A DNA stretch of 63,942 nucleotides, the filler included, from Ionaspis alba (Eukaryota), in assembly GCA_964255285.1 (NCBI GenBank). It is 4 parts of 4 records of this genome, joined end to end, with 100 filler letters (N's around TTAATTAATTAA, not from the genome) between each part and the next. Parts side by side here need not be neighbours in the genome. Positions count along the whole stretch, not along the records: positions 32,699 to 48,870 come from CAXUUL010000352.1; positions 48,971 to 63,942 come from CAXUUL010000391.1; 2 more parts are not named here. One strand, written 5' to 3'. This document shows, piece after piece, positions 38,735 to 57,733 of the stretch. Below the pieces are notes generated by a model, which searched no databases, was not told the DNA's origin, and saw only the letters and a list, made by a program, of their open reading frames with translations. Position 1 is the first letter of the stretch, and the number at the start of each line of letters is the position of its first letter. A program made the position numbers and the translations under genes.

Positions 38735-39750
38735 CGTGATGAACGCCGATCCCTAGAAAGCGCTGTAGCTGGCTCTAGAATATAAAATATCCCAAAAGAT
38801 GCGGATAACAGTTGCAGGAGAAGCTCAAAACAAATAGGGTCCAGCCAAATCTAGTCAAGCACAAGAGACAAAAACGAGCTTAGTAGAACAAAGGTGCAAC
38901 AAGACATCGGTGGAGGGCCTTACACGGCGCAGCATTCCATCCATGGCACTCGCTCATAATCAAGCAGGCAGATCTCAACTCTGACAGATAGTTAAAAGCT
39001 TTAGGCATTGAAGTCCTTGCCGCACAAAAGATGCATCGCCATGTGCTCGAGGCAACGTGGAAAATATATAGCCTCGAATGGATTCCATCTCCACCATTGT
39101 ACACTACCTCCCTACCCCAAATCATCAAACACAATTTACTCCATCTCAAACCTACTACTCTTGTCCATACAAGCTATGTTCCCTTCAGTCTCTATTCTAG
39201 ATGATGGCTCTTTCGCGGGAGTCCGATGTCACAAGCTCATCCTCGGCGTCGCCATCCTCGCTTTCCTCCCCTTTCGTGTCTGGGAGGGGTTCCAAAAATG
39301 TGTGTCTGCTATTGGACTAGCAGTGCAAGTGAGGACGATGAATATTGCTAGTACGTTTAAAGTGCGGACCGAGCCGCAGCAGTCAGCTAACAGAGCCGCG
39401 GTTGAAGGGATTTCCCGGCACTAGTATAGCCGAAGCAGCGAGGCAAGGCGATAGGTGAAATCCATGAGGAGGAAGAGTTGAGAGAAGGCAGCTTAGAGTA
39501 TGCGATTGGAGTAGGCACTCTATACAGGGATAGGCATTGATGGCTCAACTCCGTGGCTCAAGTAGGAATTATCTCTCGCACCGATGTATCAACTGTTTCG
39601 TTTCATCTCGTGGTACGCTCGGTGCTGCGCAAGCCTTCCCAAGTATCCACGGGCCAATACCGTTTCTCGAATACTACGCGCCGCGCCAATATTGATCTTA
39701 TGCCTTCAACATGCATGATAGTAAAGAGTGCAAATCAATCTTTCATATAG

Positions 39751-39810
39751 AGAGAAATGACTCAGCACACTAGCATTGAACTCAATGCTAGTGTGCTGAG
39801 TCGTTTCTCT
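39751..39810. repeat. 60-bp near-perfect palindrome (29-bp arms, 2-nt loop)
   Basis: AGAGAAATGACTCAGCACACTAGCATTGA-AC-TCAATGCTAGTGTGCTGAGTCGTTTCTCT, with one T/G mismatch. Confidence 0.95.
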
Positions 39811-40386
39811 GGGGCGTGCTTCATGCTGTCTTGTGGCTCAATCGCATTCGTTTGCAATTTCTGCTTTCAGTTCTTTCTCCGCATCAATAACCAATGGTTT
39901 TCTAGTCAATACCTGTTGCTCGACGACCTGTGGATGCAATCCATGTGCTGTCGAGACGCCGCGGCCAGTGATCCGTTCACAGCACTTGCATTTGCACCGC
40001 CGCAGATAGGCATGTGCCAAGCGAGGCACAACGTGCTATCAGTGTCTAGAATCTACGCCGCAGAGGCTGACAACATGATTTATTGCCTGCTGGATGGAAT
40101 CGCATTTGCCTCAGTTCGCGCCGCGATTGCCTGATAATGTGATGGTGGATTGATTGGAAGATGCCGTGTTGGTGTCTTGAGTCTTGTTATTTGACATCGA
40201 TCAGTCAACACAAAAGCTGGGGGGAATAGAGGCTGCTAGTTATCGTCATCACCATCCTGCGCTTGACAATCGACTTATGGTCTCAATTCCCTGAATAGTA
40301 TTCGAACGGACTGTATGCTGCATCCTAAAATTTGACAAGTGGCAACATTTCCATCAAGCAATTCTTCTATTTCACTTATTACCATC

Positions 40387-41935
40387 ATGTCGTTGCTGGA
40401 AAAAATTCCGTTCTTGCCTCCTCCTCCTGGGACTGTATCTAATTTTGAAAATCCCATGAGTCGAGGACCTGCAATTATTGTGGTTTGCGCTATATGTCTC
40501 GCCTTTGTGTGGCCTGTTTTTCTTTTGAGACTCTATTCAAAGATATGGGTCACTCGTGCTTTTGGATGGGACGATTGTAAGGCATCTTTTCTTGAAGGAT
40601 GACCTTTACTAATTTAAAATGGCAGTCTTTACTATTCTCGCTTTCGTAAATGCTGGATTCTTCCAACCTTTGAAGGCTATCCAAGCTAACTTCTGGAAGA
40701 TAGGTGCAACCTCTTATACAGGTGTTACGATATGGGGTATACCTTGCTCCTCTCATGCTGAGGTGGATAGCTCTAAACATGCCTAGGAATGAATACGCTT
40801 GGCCCACATGGCTGGGACGTGCGGATCACTGCTTTCACAGAGCATTTCTTAGAGGTAACGCCAAGCATTTGTGTGAGTATCAGTATCCGGAATTGACATG
40901 TTGCTCAGGTGGAAATAGCAGTCTGGGAGCTCCTCTACGGTCCAACCATTTGTTTTGCTAAGCTAGCTCTCTTCCTTCTCTACCTCCGCATTTTCTCGTG
41001 CAAGCGATCGACAAAAATTGCCATCTACCTCGGAATTCTCGTCAACAGTCTCTTTTACGCCGCGACGACAATGGTTTTTGGTGTCCAATGCGTTCGCAGG
41101 CCGGCAGAGACCTGGCTAGGAGCAACAATATCTCCGCGTTGCGGATCAACGTTGAGCATGAATTACATCCAGGGTGGTTTTGGTGTGGCCTCTGATCTCT
41201 ACATTTTCATTCTGCCTCTCCCAGTTCTCTGGGGGTTGCAGATGCCGCTGCAAAGAAAACTTGCGGTCTGCGCTATCTTTCTGACAGGTCTGATGTTAGT
41301 ATTTGCCCTATCTTTTCCGTCCACCACCCTGCCAATTCCGATAAACTGATAAATACCGCAGTGCAATTATTGCAAGTATACTGGGTCTCTATTACCGTAT
41401 CATGGCTTCTTCGAACTCTGATCTGACCTGGAATGAACCTCCAACCCTTGGTCTAGCGTAAGTCTTTCCAGCGCCTCACTTGAGGAGGCTTTTGTGTCCT
41501 ACGCTAACTTACACTTCATCAGGGTTGTAGAAATAAATATCGGGGTTATTTGCGGTTCTGTGCCGCATCTTGCATCTTTATTTCGGCGGCACAAGCTTAA
41601 TCTGGGAGCGGCCTCCTCTTTACGCCGACTGCTATTCCGTAAGTCCAGAAAGAGCTCTAGGAAGAGCTCCGACTTTGTACTCGACAACTACAATCGCGTC
41701 AACTCGAATGTGTCAGCGCCACAAAATGTTCGCATTGAGACGAAAGTATTAGGTTCAATGCAAGGGTATGCGTCAACCTGCCTCACTCGTTGTCCCTCTT
41801 TGATCTCCAGCGAATGGAAAAAGCAGGACGTACCACTGACTTGCACGTAGGGATGGGAGGTTTATCAAATCGGGGTTCTCTATGCCTATTGACAGGGCTC
41901 GGTCTTCGGCTGAGCGTTTAAAGAGCAACCCTTGA
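40387..41935 (+). CDS. PTH11-like (rhodopsin-domain) integral membrane protein without CFEM
   Basis: Motifs PPPPGTVSNFENP, LRLYSK..FGWDD, GPHGWDV, AKLALFLLYLRIF, SDLYIFILPLP, VEINIGVICGSVP. Multiple short introns restore the frame. Confidence 0.9.
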
Positions 41936-42082
41936 GATAGTGGATTCTTGAGACTGTGAATGCCTGAGATAGCCTTGCCGATGGTACGACGAATTAAATA
42001 AAGCCCTCCAATGATCTGCTAACCGATACTCAATGTGAATGCCATCAAGGTGAATATTTACAGTGCTTATAGATTTCTAAAT

Positions 42083-42883
42083 TTACATTGTTTTATCAGC
42101 GTTGAGCCCCAGCACCCGTTTGACCATTCCAACGCTATCTTTCACGAAATTTCCTTCCGCGTGTTTTCTTCGCCTCCCGGCCAAGGGTTCCAGGGCCTTG
42201 AGCCGTGGAGGCCATTCTCCCGTGGCCTTCCAGCCCTCCACAAGCGCAGCTGTCATAGTGGCCAGGTTGATAGGAATGTTTGGCGTAATGCTTTGAACGA
42301 TGACCTTGTTGTAGATGGTAGGATAAGTGGAAGGTCCAATGGAAGCTCGAGCGGCGTTTGTAGGTGGTATCAGAGGCTCCGGGAGAGGACAGAGCTCCAC
42401 CATGGTGATGTTAGATTCCTCACTTAGTCCCTCAATGCAGTTCATCGCCTCGGGTTCATCTGGCGAGGGCACAAGCTTCCCCCCCGTCCAGCCATTTCGC
42501 CGTTCAACAAACGTCCTCAGTCCCTTGTTCCAACTCATTTCGTCCACAAGGAGACGCCTTCTTTTCCTTTTGCGGGATACCATCTCCTCGACAAATGAAT
42601 CCGGGTTTTCGAATCTGTAAGGATCGGCAGCAACTGTAGGAGACGGCGAGGGTGAATTTGCATCTCGCTCTCGCCATTGTGTTTGGTGACTGATGCGCGT
42701 AATATGGGGCTCGGATGATGTCAACATCGGCCATTCCCAATCTCCACGGACATGTGCATAAAGATCACGCTTCACAGCCTTGACTTCGACTTGATGAATT
42801 TCTCCAATCGCGCGGACTGTCGCCTGTTTGGCCTCAGCTGTGGAACGTTGGCCAGCCCGAGTAGATGCCTGCACATTGGTCAT
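42083..42883 (-). CDS. DUF4050 (Gag1-like clamp) protein
   Basis: Motifs WNKGL..RRNGWTG and YPTIYNKVIVQSITPNIPINL..LVEGWKATGEWP. Confidence 0.8.
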   Translation of the reverse strand: MTNVQASTRAGQRSTAEAKQATVRAIGEIHQVEVKAVKRDLYAHVRGDWEWPMLTSSEPHITRISHQTQWRERDANSPSPSPTVAADPYRFENPDSFVEEMVSRKRKRRRLLVDEMSWNKGLRTFVERRNGWTGGKLVPSPDEPEAMNCIEGLSEESNITMVELCPLPEPLIPPTNAARASIGPSTYPTIYNKVIVQSITPNIPINLATMTAALVEGWKATGEWPPRLKALEPLAGRRRKHAEGNFVKDSVGMVKRVLGLNADKTM

Positions 42884-43314
42884 GCTTCTTTGAGAATGGT
42901 TCTTCGCGGATGTAGGAGGGTCTGAAGAAGTGACTGTTTGGTGTAAACACTGATGTCGAATTTTAATTATACAAGGTTCGCGACCACGAGACCCAGCTCA
43001 CTATTTTGACAAATGAAATTATAGACAATCAGTCACTAAGATTACTGAGTCCAAGAATACGAGGCTTCTGATAATATGTAAAGCAGTGTACTTTCGTTTT
43101 TATTTTGGTGATCTCATGACCTCAGAGCTTGAGTTTACTCTGTCGCAGTTTCCCCCACAAAGCCGACTCCCGGACTATTCAGCGGACAATTCCGGATCAG
43201 CAAAATAACAGATCTAGCTACAAACGTATATTCATCAAGTACAATAGGTCTAGTCGAAATATACAAAGTCATCGAGTCATAATCAATTTTCGATATTTTT
43301 AAATAAGGACTCAA

Positions 43315-46300
43315 TTATATTGGAGCTCTCACCCTCACACTATCTGAATGAGTCTTCTCTAAGTCCGACAAGGTTCCGAATCCATAACCACTAGACCTCT
43401 TCCTCCTCCCTTTACGATCCCCGTATTTCTCGTCAAATTTTCGAATGGCACTTAGGGAGCTCATATCCTCGCTGATGCTTGCACTAATCTCCTCCATCGC
43501 CTTGTCAAAATGCTTCGGAGTAAGACGTCGCTTCTCTGGATATTTGTAGGGCTCCGATCCATGATAAGCAAGAGCAAACTCATTTTCTTCGCGGATACAT
43601 GCCAAAGCTGCAGCCACAGACAGATTCTTGAGGTCTGAGCCTGAGTAGAATGGAGTCTGTGAGGCCAGAGCTGAAAGTGAGACAGAAGAGTCCAAGATCT
43701 CATCCTTCAAATGAATCTTGAGAATTGCTTCTCGATCCTTCTCTGTGGGTAGGTCGACAAGTAATCTTCTAGGGAGTCTTCGGAGCACAGCATCATCTAG
43801 ATCAAATGGTCGGTTTGTGGCGACCATAATGAAAGCGGACAGATCGTTCATCCCGTCCCACTCACGTAGAAATTGATTGATCAATTCTCGATGACTTGAC
43901 CTATTGTTCGAAGTGCCACGGGATCCAAAGATCGCATCGGCCTCGTCAATGAAGACAATGCACGGGGTAAGCTTCTTGGCCAACGTGAAAATAGCTTTGA
44001 CGTTCTTCTCTCCTTCGCCCACATACATATCATACACATCGGAGCCACTGACTTCCAGTACGGTAGCCCCACTCTCTTTGGCTACAGCTTTGGCAAGCAT
44101 AGTCTTTCCTGTTCCAGGAGGTCCATAAAGCAGAAGACCAGGTATCTTGTCCGTTGCCAGAACACCATAAGTGAAGGCTTCCGGACGAACAAGGGACAAC
44201 GAGGTCAAGGTCTTAAGAGCCTCAATCGTTTCATCTGCGGCTTGAACATCTGCAAAGGTGGTCTGAATGTTAGATGCATCCACTACTCCGTTGAGCAGCT
44301 TCTTCTCATGAGTGTTACACGTCTTGCGCAACTTGTTGAGTCGGTTCTCCCTGCTCTTTTGCACGTCCGAGGGCAATGTTGCTGTAACAGACCCTTGGAA
44401 CTTTCTTTTATCGGATTTCTCCTGAGCAAGCCAGTCGAACTTTGCATTGTCACTTGAGTCGATAAGGTCTAAAGCTTGGCCGATATGGCAAGAGGTCACC
44501 TCCTCTTCGCCACCAAGCAGGCCAATAGCTATCGAAGCTGTGCGATGAACACGATCAAGGGACCAAACATGTTGGTCCAAGCCGGAGGCAAAAGCCTTTG
44601 CCGAATCTACTTTCATCTCCGACAATGATATCAGGGCTTTGATTTGAGATACTTTTGGGGACACTCTCTTCAACATATCCTGCAAATGGCGCAAATTTAT
44701 GCTTTTCACCCTAGTCTTCTCATCCAAAGCAAAGATACTCGCAGCAGAAGGAGATGTGCACGGTGTAATGATCGTTCGGTATGGGCCTTGAGCCGCCTCG
44801 GTCTGCAGTTCATTAAAACCTGACTTGGACATTGAAGGTATCAAGTCTTCTGAAGACGATGTTCCAATTATCAAAATTCCTTGGCCATTCGTCCTCCGTA
44901 ATCGCACGATCTCATGTAGCTTGTGTAGCAGTGCCCCTCCACTCCGATTTGCATTCATCTCGGCGTAGTCCCTAATCAATATGATCAGAGCGTTTGAAGT
45001 GGACTCCACGGTATTGGCTGAGCTTGGTGAGAATAGCCCTGTTGTCGCACTGTTCACCTCTTCCAGACTGGAGGCATTCCTGGCAGAAGAGAGATATTGC
45101 ACGCTGTCTTGCGAGAATCCTGACTGAGACCTCTGCCGCCGTTTTGTCTGAGAAGCGTCCAGGAAAGCCTCAAGCACCATATGTGGCTTAATATCTTGAT
45201 TCTCGTTTGTATCAGAAGCGTGGGCGCTAGACGAGGTTCCTGACACCGAAGAAGCAGAATCGGGCGTGGAAGGCTTTCTAATCACTTTGGCAGATTTGAA
45301 AAGGCTCGCAAGATCTGTAGCGCCAACGAACAGAATGGTAGGAGGTGCGGCAACTTTGACATTAGAGACAAAGCTGGACCGTTTAGGTGATTGGGTTGGA
45401 AAGTCTTGCTCCTCGTCGACTTCGTCATAAATATCGCTTTCATCGACCTCATCCTCTTCCTTCGGCTCTTGAGGGGCCGTTAGGAGATGAGTGTCATATC
45501 CGAGTAATCTAAGTGAATTGGTCGGTATATCCGGCGACTCCTCGCCATATTCACCAGCAATCTCTGCAATGTCTTGCGAATCCACAACAATAAGATCCAC
45601 GCGATGCTCATTGGCTACATGATTGACCACTGAATCCAGGAAACCTATGCCTCCGTCTTTCGGACAATGTAAGAGGAGGTGCGGTTTTGAGGCTGGGTAC
45701 CCAGCTGCGAACCGAGTGGATGAAGGACGAAGACCGGCAGCTACCATAGTACTAATCTCTTTAAAAACGTTGGCGTCAATCTCATACCCTTCTTCCGAGG
45801 ATTCAGCTTTCGGTGAACTGTCGTGCGATCTGATTCCGCCATTGTTAACAAGATCCTTGGCTATAGGCTTCAAAGACATTTGGAAGTGTAATCTTGATGG
45901 TATGTGATCCACCAGAGGTGGGTGCTGTTTGCTCGAATCCCCGGCTCTCTCTTCCCAGAGTGTCACATTTCGTTCGAGAAACCAGTCCGGAACTTTCACT
46001 CGAGGACCTTCCCTCCCCCTGCGGATATTTCTGGAAGCTCGCCGTGTAGCTGAGCCATATATACTCTTGTCTTTCGCCCTGGTGGAGCGATCACCAAGAG
46101 CGTGTAACCTCCCTGAATCATGCTCGCGATTTATTGGGTTGATATCCCCGAGTTCCGTAACTTCCTCCGGCTTATATACATCGTCGACCACTTGCGCAGC
46201 TCCTGTCGAGTCCTGCGAGTGATTCCTTGTTGGGTCTCCCTGTTCAACAGACTCATCTTTGGGGTCCTCTTCAGTCGCAGATCTCAGACAGGATGTATTT

Positions 46301-46410
46301 TGGAAGCTTCGAGCAGATGGAAATCGCCGGCCCCCAATAAAGCGGCAAGTAACAGACTGGGTACTTCGAGGAAAAGACCGTAGCGCCTGACATGTTATAG
46401 CATGCATCAA
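43315..46410 (-). CDS. Large Msp1/ATAD1-like AAA+ ATPase, probably mitochondrial
   Basis: Walker A GPPGTGKT, Walker B IVFIDEAD, SRH ATNRPFDLDDAVLRRLPRR. Arg/Ser-rich presequence-like N-terminus. Intronless 1031 aa. Confidence 0.93.
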   Translation of the reverse strand: MMHAITCQALRSFPRSTQSVTCRFIGGRRFPSARSFQNTSCLRSATEEDPKDESVEQGDPTRNHSQDSTGAAQVVDDVYKPEEVTELGDINPINREHDSGRLHALGDRSTRAKDKSIYGSATRRASRNIRRGREGPRVKVPDWFLERNVTLWEERAGDSSKQHPPLVDHIPSRLHFQMSLKPIAKDLVNNGGIRSHDSSPKAESSEEGYEIDANVFKEISTMVAAGLRPSSTRFAAGYPASKPHLLLHCPKDGGIGFLDSVVNHVANEHRVDLIVVDSQDIAEIAGEYGEESPDIPTNSLRLLGYDTHLLTAPQEPKEEDEVDESDIYDEVDEEQDFPTQSPKRSSFVSNVKVAAPPTILFVGATDLASLFKSAKVIRKPSTPDSASSVSGTSSSAHASDTNENQDIKPHMVLEAFLDASQTKRRQRSQSGFSQDSVQYLSSARNASSLEEVNSATTGLFSPSSANTVESTSNALIILIRDYAEMNANRSGGALLHKLHEIVRLRRTNGQGILIIGTSSSEDLIPSMSKSGFNELQTEAAQGPYRTIITPCTSPSAASIFALDEKTRVKSINLRHLQDMLKRVSPKVSQIKALISLSEMKVDSAKAFASGLDQHVWSLDRVHRTASIAIGLLGGEEEVTSCHIGQALDLIDSSDNAKFDWLAQEKSDKRKFQGSVTATLPSDVQKSRENRLNKLRKTCNTHEKKLLNGVVDASNIQTTFADVQAADETIEALKTLTSLSLVRPEAFTYGVLATDKIPGLLLYGPPGTGKTMLAKAVAKESGATVLEVSGSDVYDMYVGEGEKNVKAIFTLAKKLTPCIVFIDEADAIFGSRGTSNNRSSHRELINQFLREWDGMNDLSAFIMVATNRPFDLDDAVLRRLPRRLLVDLPTEKDREAILKIHLKDEILDSSVSLSALASQTPFYSGSDLKNLSVAAALACIREENEFALAYHGSEPYKYPEKRRLTPKHFDKAMEEISASISEDMSSLSAIRKFDEKYGDRKGRRKRSSGYGFGTLSDLEKTHSDSVRVRAPI

Positions 46411-47032
46411 GGCGTAGGAGTCAAGGTATTTGTGCGCGTGATGGAGAAATATCGTTCAAGGTAGACGCCGACTTTTGACTTGGAAGTCCACTCAGGCTAA
46501 CGTCTTTCGACCTGCTGGATACGGCCTCTCTAATGCCAAGAATTGACCCTTCATTCTCTGGTCTCAACCCGCAATTATCCTGTACCTATCATTCTATTGA
46601 GTTTGACACCGCCAATGTACTGATATGAAGATACTGCCTGGAGATGAAATAGGTCATACCTTCTTCGCGTTGTGACGAAGTATATTGTCCGAGAATGCAG
46701 TTTGTTTGTGAGAAGGCGGAAAGTATTTACGACCTATTCTGCGGATTACTACAGCTACGCTCTCAACAATCTACAGTATTAGTTGAGTAGGGCTGGCAAC
46801 GTGTTGGATGCTGGTCAGTAACGGATTAAGATGGATTCCTCTGTGCCGGTGTCTATCAAGTCTCAATACCCGTTAGGTGCATGCAATGAATCGAGGCCTT
46901 TTGAAGGGCATAAAGTTGTCTCAAATTCCAGAACCTGCCCCTGCTACATGATCAGTGCTGTTTGAGGCTCATTATAGAACCCCCATAATTAGTAAGCGTG
47001 CGTTCCCAAGCGCGACAGCACAGCTAGGTGGC

Positions 47033-47945
47033 TCAGAGATCTTGGTCATTGAGTTTCTCCAGAATCAACCACCCCGCCTGTGCACTCACGGTATCAAGCC
47101 CTTCGAGTTTCAATTCATGTCCCTGAAGATCTATTGTGCAGTTGATCGCTAATGACCTAGTAATCATGATTGCTTCGATTTTCTGACCTTTGTCATCAAT
47201 CTTGACAGGCACCTTGCTCCATCCGGGAAGAACTCCGTCAGTGTTTATCTTATGATAACACACACCGTCCAAGCGTAAGTCTGACATGAAGTATTGAAGA
47301 TCGAGTCGGTACATACAGCGACCCTCCTGGTCCCAAAAGCAGAAGGGAGTGATCCAGCCAGTGTACACAAAACTGCCGCTTCCTTGGTACTGGACACTGA
47401 CGACTTAGAGAAGTACTGCCAGAGAGAGGCCATCATGATGATCGAAGCGACCACTTTGTCGTCTTTGGTTGTGATGGAAAACGAGGGTATCAGCCAGTTC
47501 CGCAGGTCCGCATCGACTACATTTTCCTGTAGTAGCTGTCCCATGCCTTTAGCAATGTCCCCACAATCTAGGGTGAATCGTGTTTCAGAATAGGTTATGC
47601 ACAACTCCTTCCTCTCATGTGCCGCGGAGTTGCCTCGAAGTTGCTCCGCGTTCCTGTTAACATACGTGCTAAGCTGGGTCAAGAGGGCAGGCCAGCCATC
47701 GTCCGGCTGGACTCTGAGGTGATGTTGTTTATTGTAACATTCGATGATGGACTTCACAAAGCCGTTCTTCGAGGAGATTGTGGATTGGGGAAGCTCGGAG
47801 TCGAAGGAGGATTGGAGTGGTAGAAGCCTCCCTCCTTATTTGTTCTTCATGTCTGCCAGGTTCCTGACATTCTTGTCCGGACGTTGGTGGTCGAGTGAGA
47901 TAGGATTGGAACCATGGCTAGAGGGCTTCAGTGTAACTGGCACAT
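47033..47945 (-). pseudogene. DUF4419 pseudogene
   Basis: Start region ATG-TG-CCA-GTT-ACA (MPVTL-like, disrupted) and in-frame TAA at 47836-47838. Motifs NGFV..YNKQHHLRVQPDDGW..LTQLS.YVN.NAEQLR and, in another frame, GSG..YTGWITPFCFW. The central CG-x-P-x-VTLLG segment is missing. Confidence 0.8.
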
Positions 47946-48870
47946 TCACAACTCGAAATTTTGACTTCAAATTGTAGGTTTTGGAGTAGAAAGACCATCT
48001 CACTCTCTGAGGTCGAGGTCTAGATGTTGTTCAGATCTGAAATATGGAGATAGCTTTGATTGTGTTGACCGAGCGGATGGGTAATCCAAGATCACGAAAA
48101 AACGAAAAAAAAAAACGCGCCTTAAATGGTCAATACACTACTTCCCGCTCAGCAATTCGCTTTACATATCAACGAAGAAAGCAGCACATCATTTCCCACA
48201 CCAATCAGATTGAATGATAAAACTTTCTTCATCTAGCCTTCGACGTCGGATGACGAAATTCTTTTCTGTATAGAGATATAGATTGTTGTAGACTATCAAA
48301 TGTGACATTCACGACCGCTTTTCTCAAACTAGAGAGGGATTAGGTAGATAGAACTTTTCGCAGGCTCTCAGTCTTGGATTCTCTCACAATTATGGAAGAT
48401 TGATTCCTTCATTTAAATGATTTGAAAGGCAATGCACACTAGGGACCGTTAAGCCGGAGCAGCTATAGAGGAAATTTAGCACTTTGGAGGCTTGACTGCA
48501 TGATCTTGGCTAATGCAGCAAGCCAGGGGGGGTCACCTACACGCGCGCTAAAAGCGGACAAAACCCCCTGAACCCCCGAGCTCGCTGATTGAAAATTGGG
48601 TGGTATGGATAGGATGTTTATTGGGTTCCTCGGCCTTCAAACGTGCGTCTGGGTTCCGTAGGTAACAGTCTATCTAATCTTCTCGCAAACTTAGCCAGGG
48701 TGAATTATATTACGGTATGATGCTATTGGTCCGCTTGAGCTTATAATTGGTACAGCACGCAGATTGCAAATGAATGGGTATTCTTATGGAGCATAATCAT
48801 CGCTTGTGGCTGACATGAGATGCATCGCTACAGCCTCTACCAGCAACATTCAACGTCATGTCTTCATTGA

Positions 48871-48970
48871 NNNNNNNNNNNNNNNNNNNNNNNNNNNNNN
48901 NNNNNNNNNNNNNNTTAATTAATTAANNNNNNNNNNNNNNNNNNNNNNNNNNNNNNNNNNNNNNNNNNNN
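48871..48970. other. Assembly gap with linker
   Basis: N-run plus TTAATTAATTAA. Confidence 0.97.
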
Positions 48971-49229
48971 GCGTCAACGTCCATTTCGAATCATTGAACT
49001 CTTCACCCGCTAATACGGTAAGGAACCAGGAGATAAAAAGATTACGGTCAAGAGACAGAAGAATATCCTTGCAGGAACAAGTTTTGGCTCATACATCAGA
49101 GACCACTGTGATCTTACCACGACAACCACAAATTCCCGTCCCAACCAACCGTTGCCATTCCCCCTCCGCTCCTAAATTACGCTCCAAGATCGCATCGCCC
49201 ATGACCCCTTCCTCTCAGCATATTCCCGA

Positions 49230-56539
<7,310 letters not shown>

Positions 56540-56907
56540 AAGTCTTAGAATACAGTAAACGAGGTGGAAATAGCTTCCCAGCACTGGGATCAATATCGCT
56601 TGACCACGCGGCGTGATCACGGATCGTTAGCGTATCGATATGGAATGGTGTCAGGGTTCAGCAAACGTACTGGATAACCTGGATATACCAAAACAAAAGA
56701 TATGAATTTTGTCGTCATCTAGAGACATCCCCAAGTAAACGCCTCGAAGTGCAGATGTGCAAGTCGTGAATTCGTAGCATGTCTCTCAACAACACCCCCA
56801 CCACGAATCTTTCCACCCTTTCCTATTGACAGCCTCCAGTTGACCTCCCCTTACACATTCAAATCCTGATCGCATCCAACGCAGCGAACCCCCTTGTCGC
56901 AAACCCC

Positions 56908-57618
56908 TCAAATCTCATCAACATCAATCTCCCTATCGTCACTACTCTCATCCCGATCCTCATCGAACTCCACGTTGTCATCCACACCTTCGTGTCCATA
57001 TCTGCGACCCACCTGTCAGTCGTCATCCACCCCAAGCCAAGTCAAGGGCAAACATACGTATCAGTTTCATTAATCTTCGCACTCTCGGGCAGTTCCCCAT
57101 ATGCCTTTAAACTTCTCGCCTCGTCTGCGCTGTATTTGAGAATGACATCTCCCTTCTCGTCTTGATAATCCCGCAACGATAGCAAGATTATGTCACCCTG
57201 GTTGATCCAGACTTTCTTGCGGAGTTTGCCCCGGATGTGGGCGAGGCGCTTTTCACCGTCGAAGCAAAGGGCTTCGAGACGGCCATTACCGAGCATTTTG
57301 ATCACTTGAGCGTATTCTGTTGGTAGATAAGAAAGCGTCAGCGGTGGTGGAACGTTAGGGGAAAGGGGAGGGAATGGGAGCAAAGGAGACCTGCCTTGGC
57401 CTTCTTCTTTGAATGTCAGTTCTCGTTTCTCGTTGTCGTTCTCGTTCTTCCCTCGACGCCTGTTTTTACCTCCCTGTGGAGTGAGAAATGTCAGCTTATG
57501 TCCTGATCTAGGAATGACTAGTGGTGGACCGCGAGTTTTGCGGCGAATGCCTGTGCTCGAGCAGTTGTGGCGTGGAGGGGCGCGATGGAGTTCTTACTTT
57601 CCCCTTATTCTTAGGCAT
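56908..57618 (-). CDS. TIF11: Eukaryotic translation initiation factor 1A
   Basis: [39 protein letters not shown], acidic tail. Intron 2 (57317-57394) is GC-AG. Confidence 0.96.
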
Positions 57619-57633
57619 ATTGAATTAGATCCG

Positions 57634-57733
57634 NNNNNNNNNNNNNNNNNNNNNNNNNNNNNNNNNNNNNNNNNNNNNNNNNNNNNNNNNNNNNNNNNNN
57701 NNNNNNNNNNNNNNNNNNNNNNNNNNNNNNNNN
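57634..57733. other. Assembly gap flanked by a duplicated contig end
   Basis: GGCGCGATGG...TAGATCCG is present on both sides of the N-run. Confidence 0.9.
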
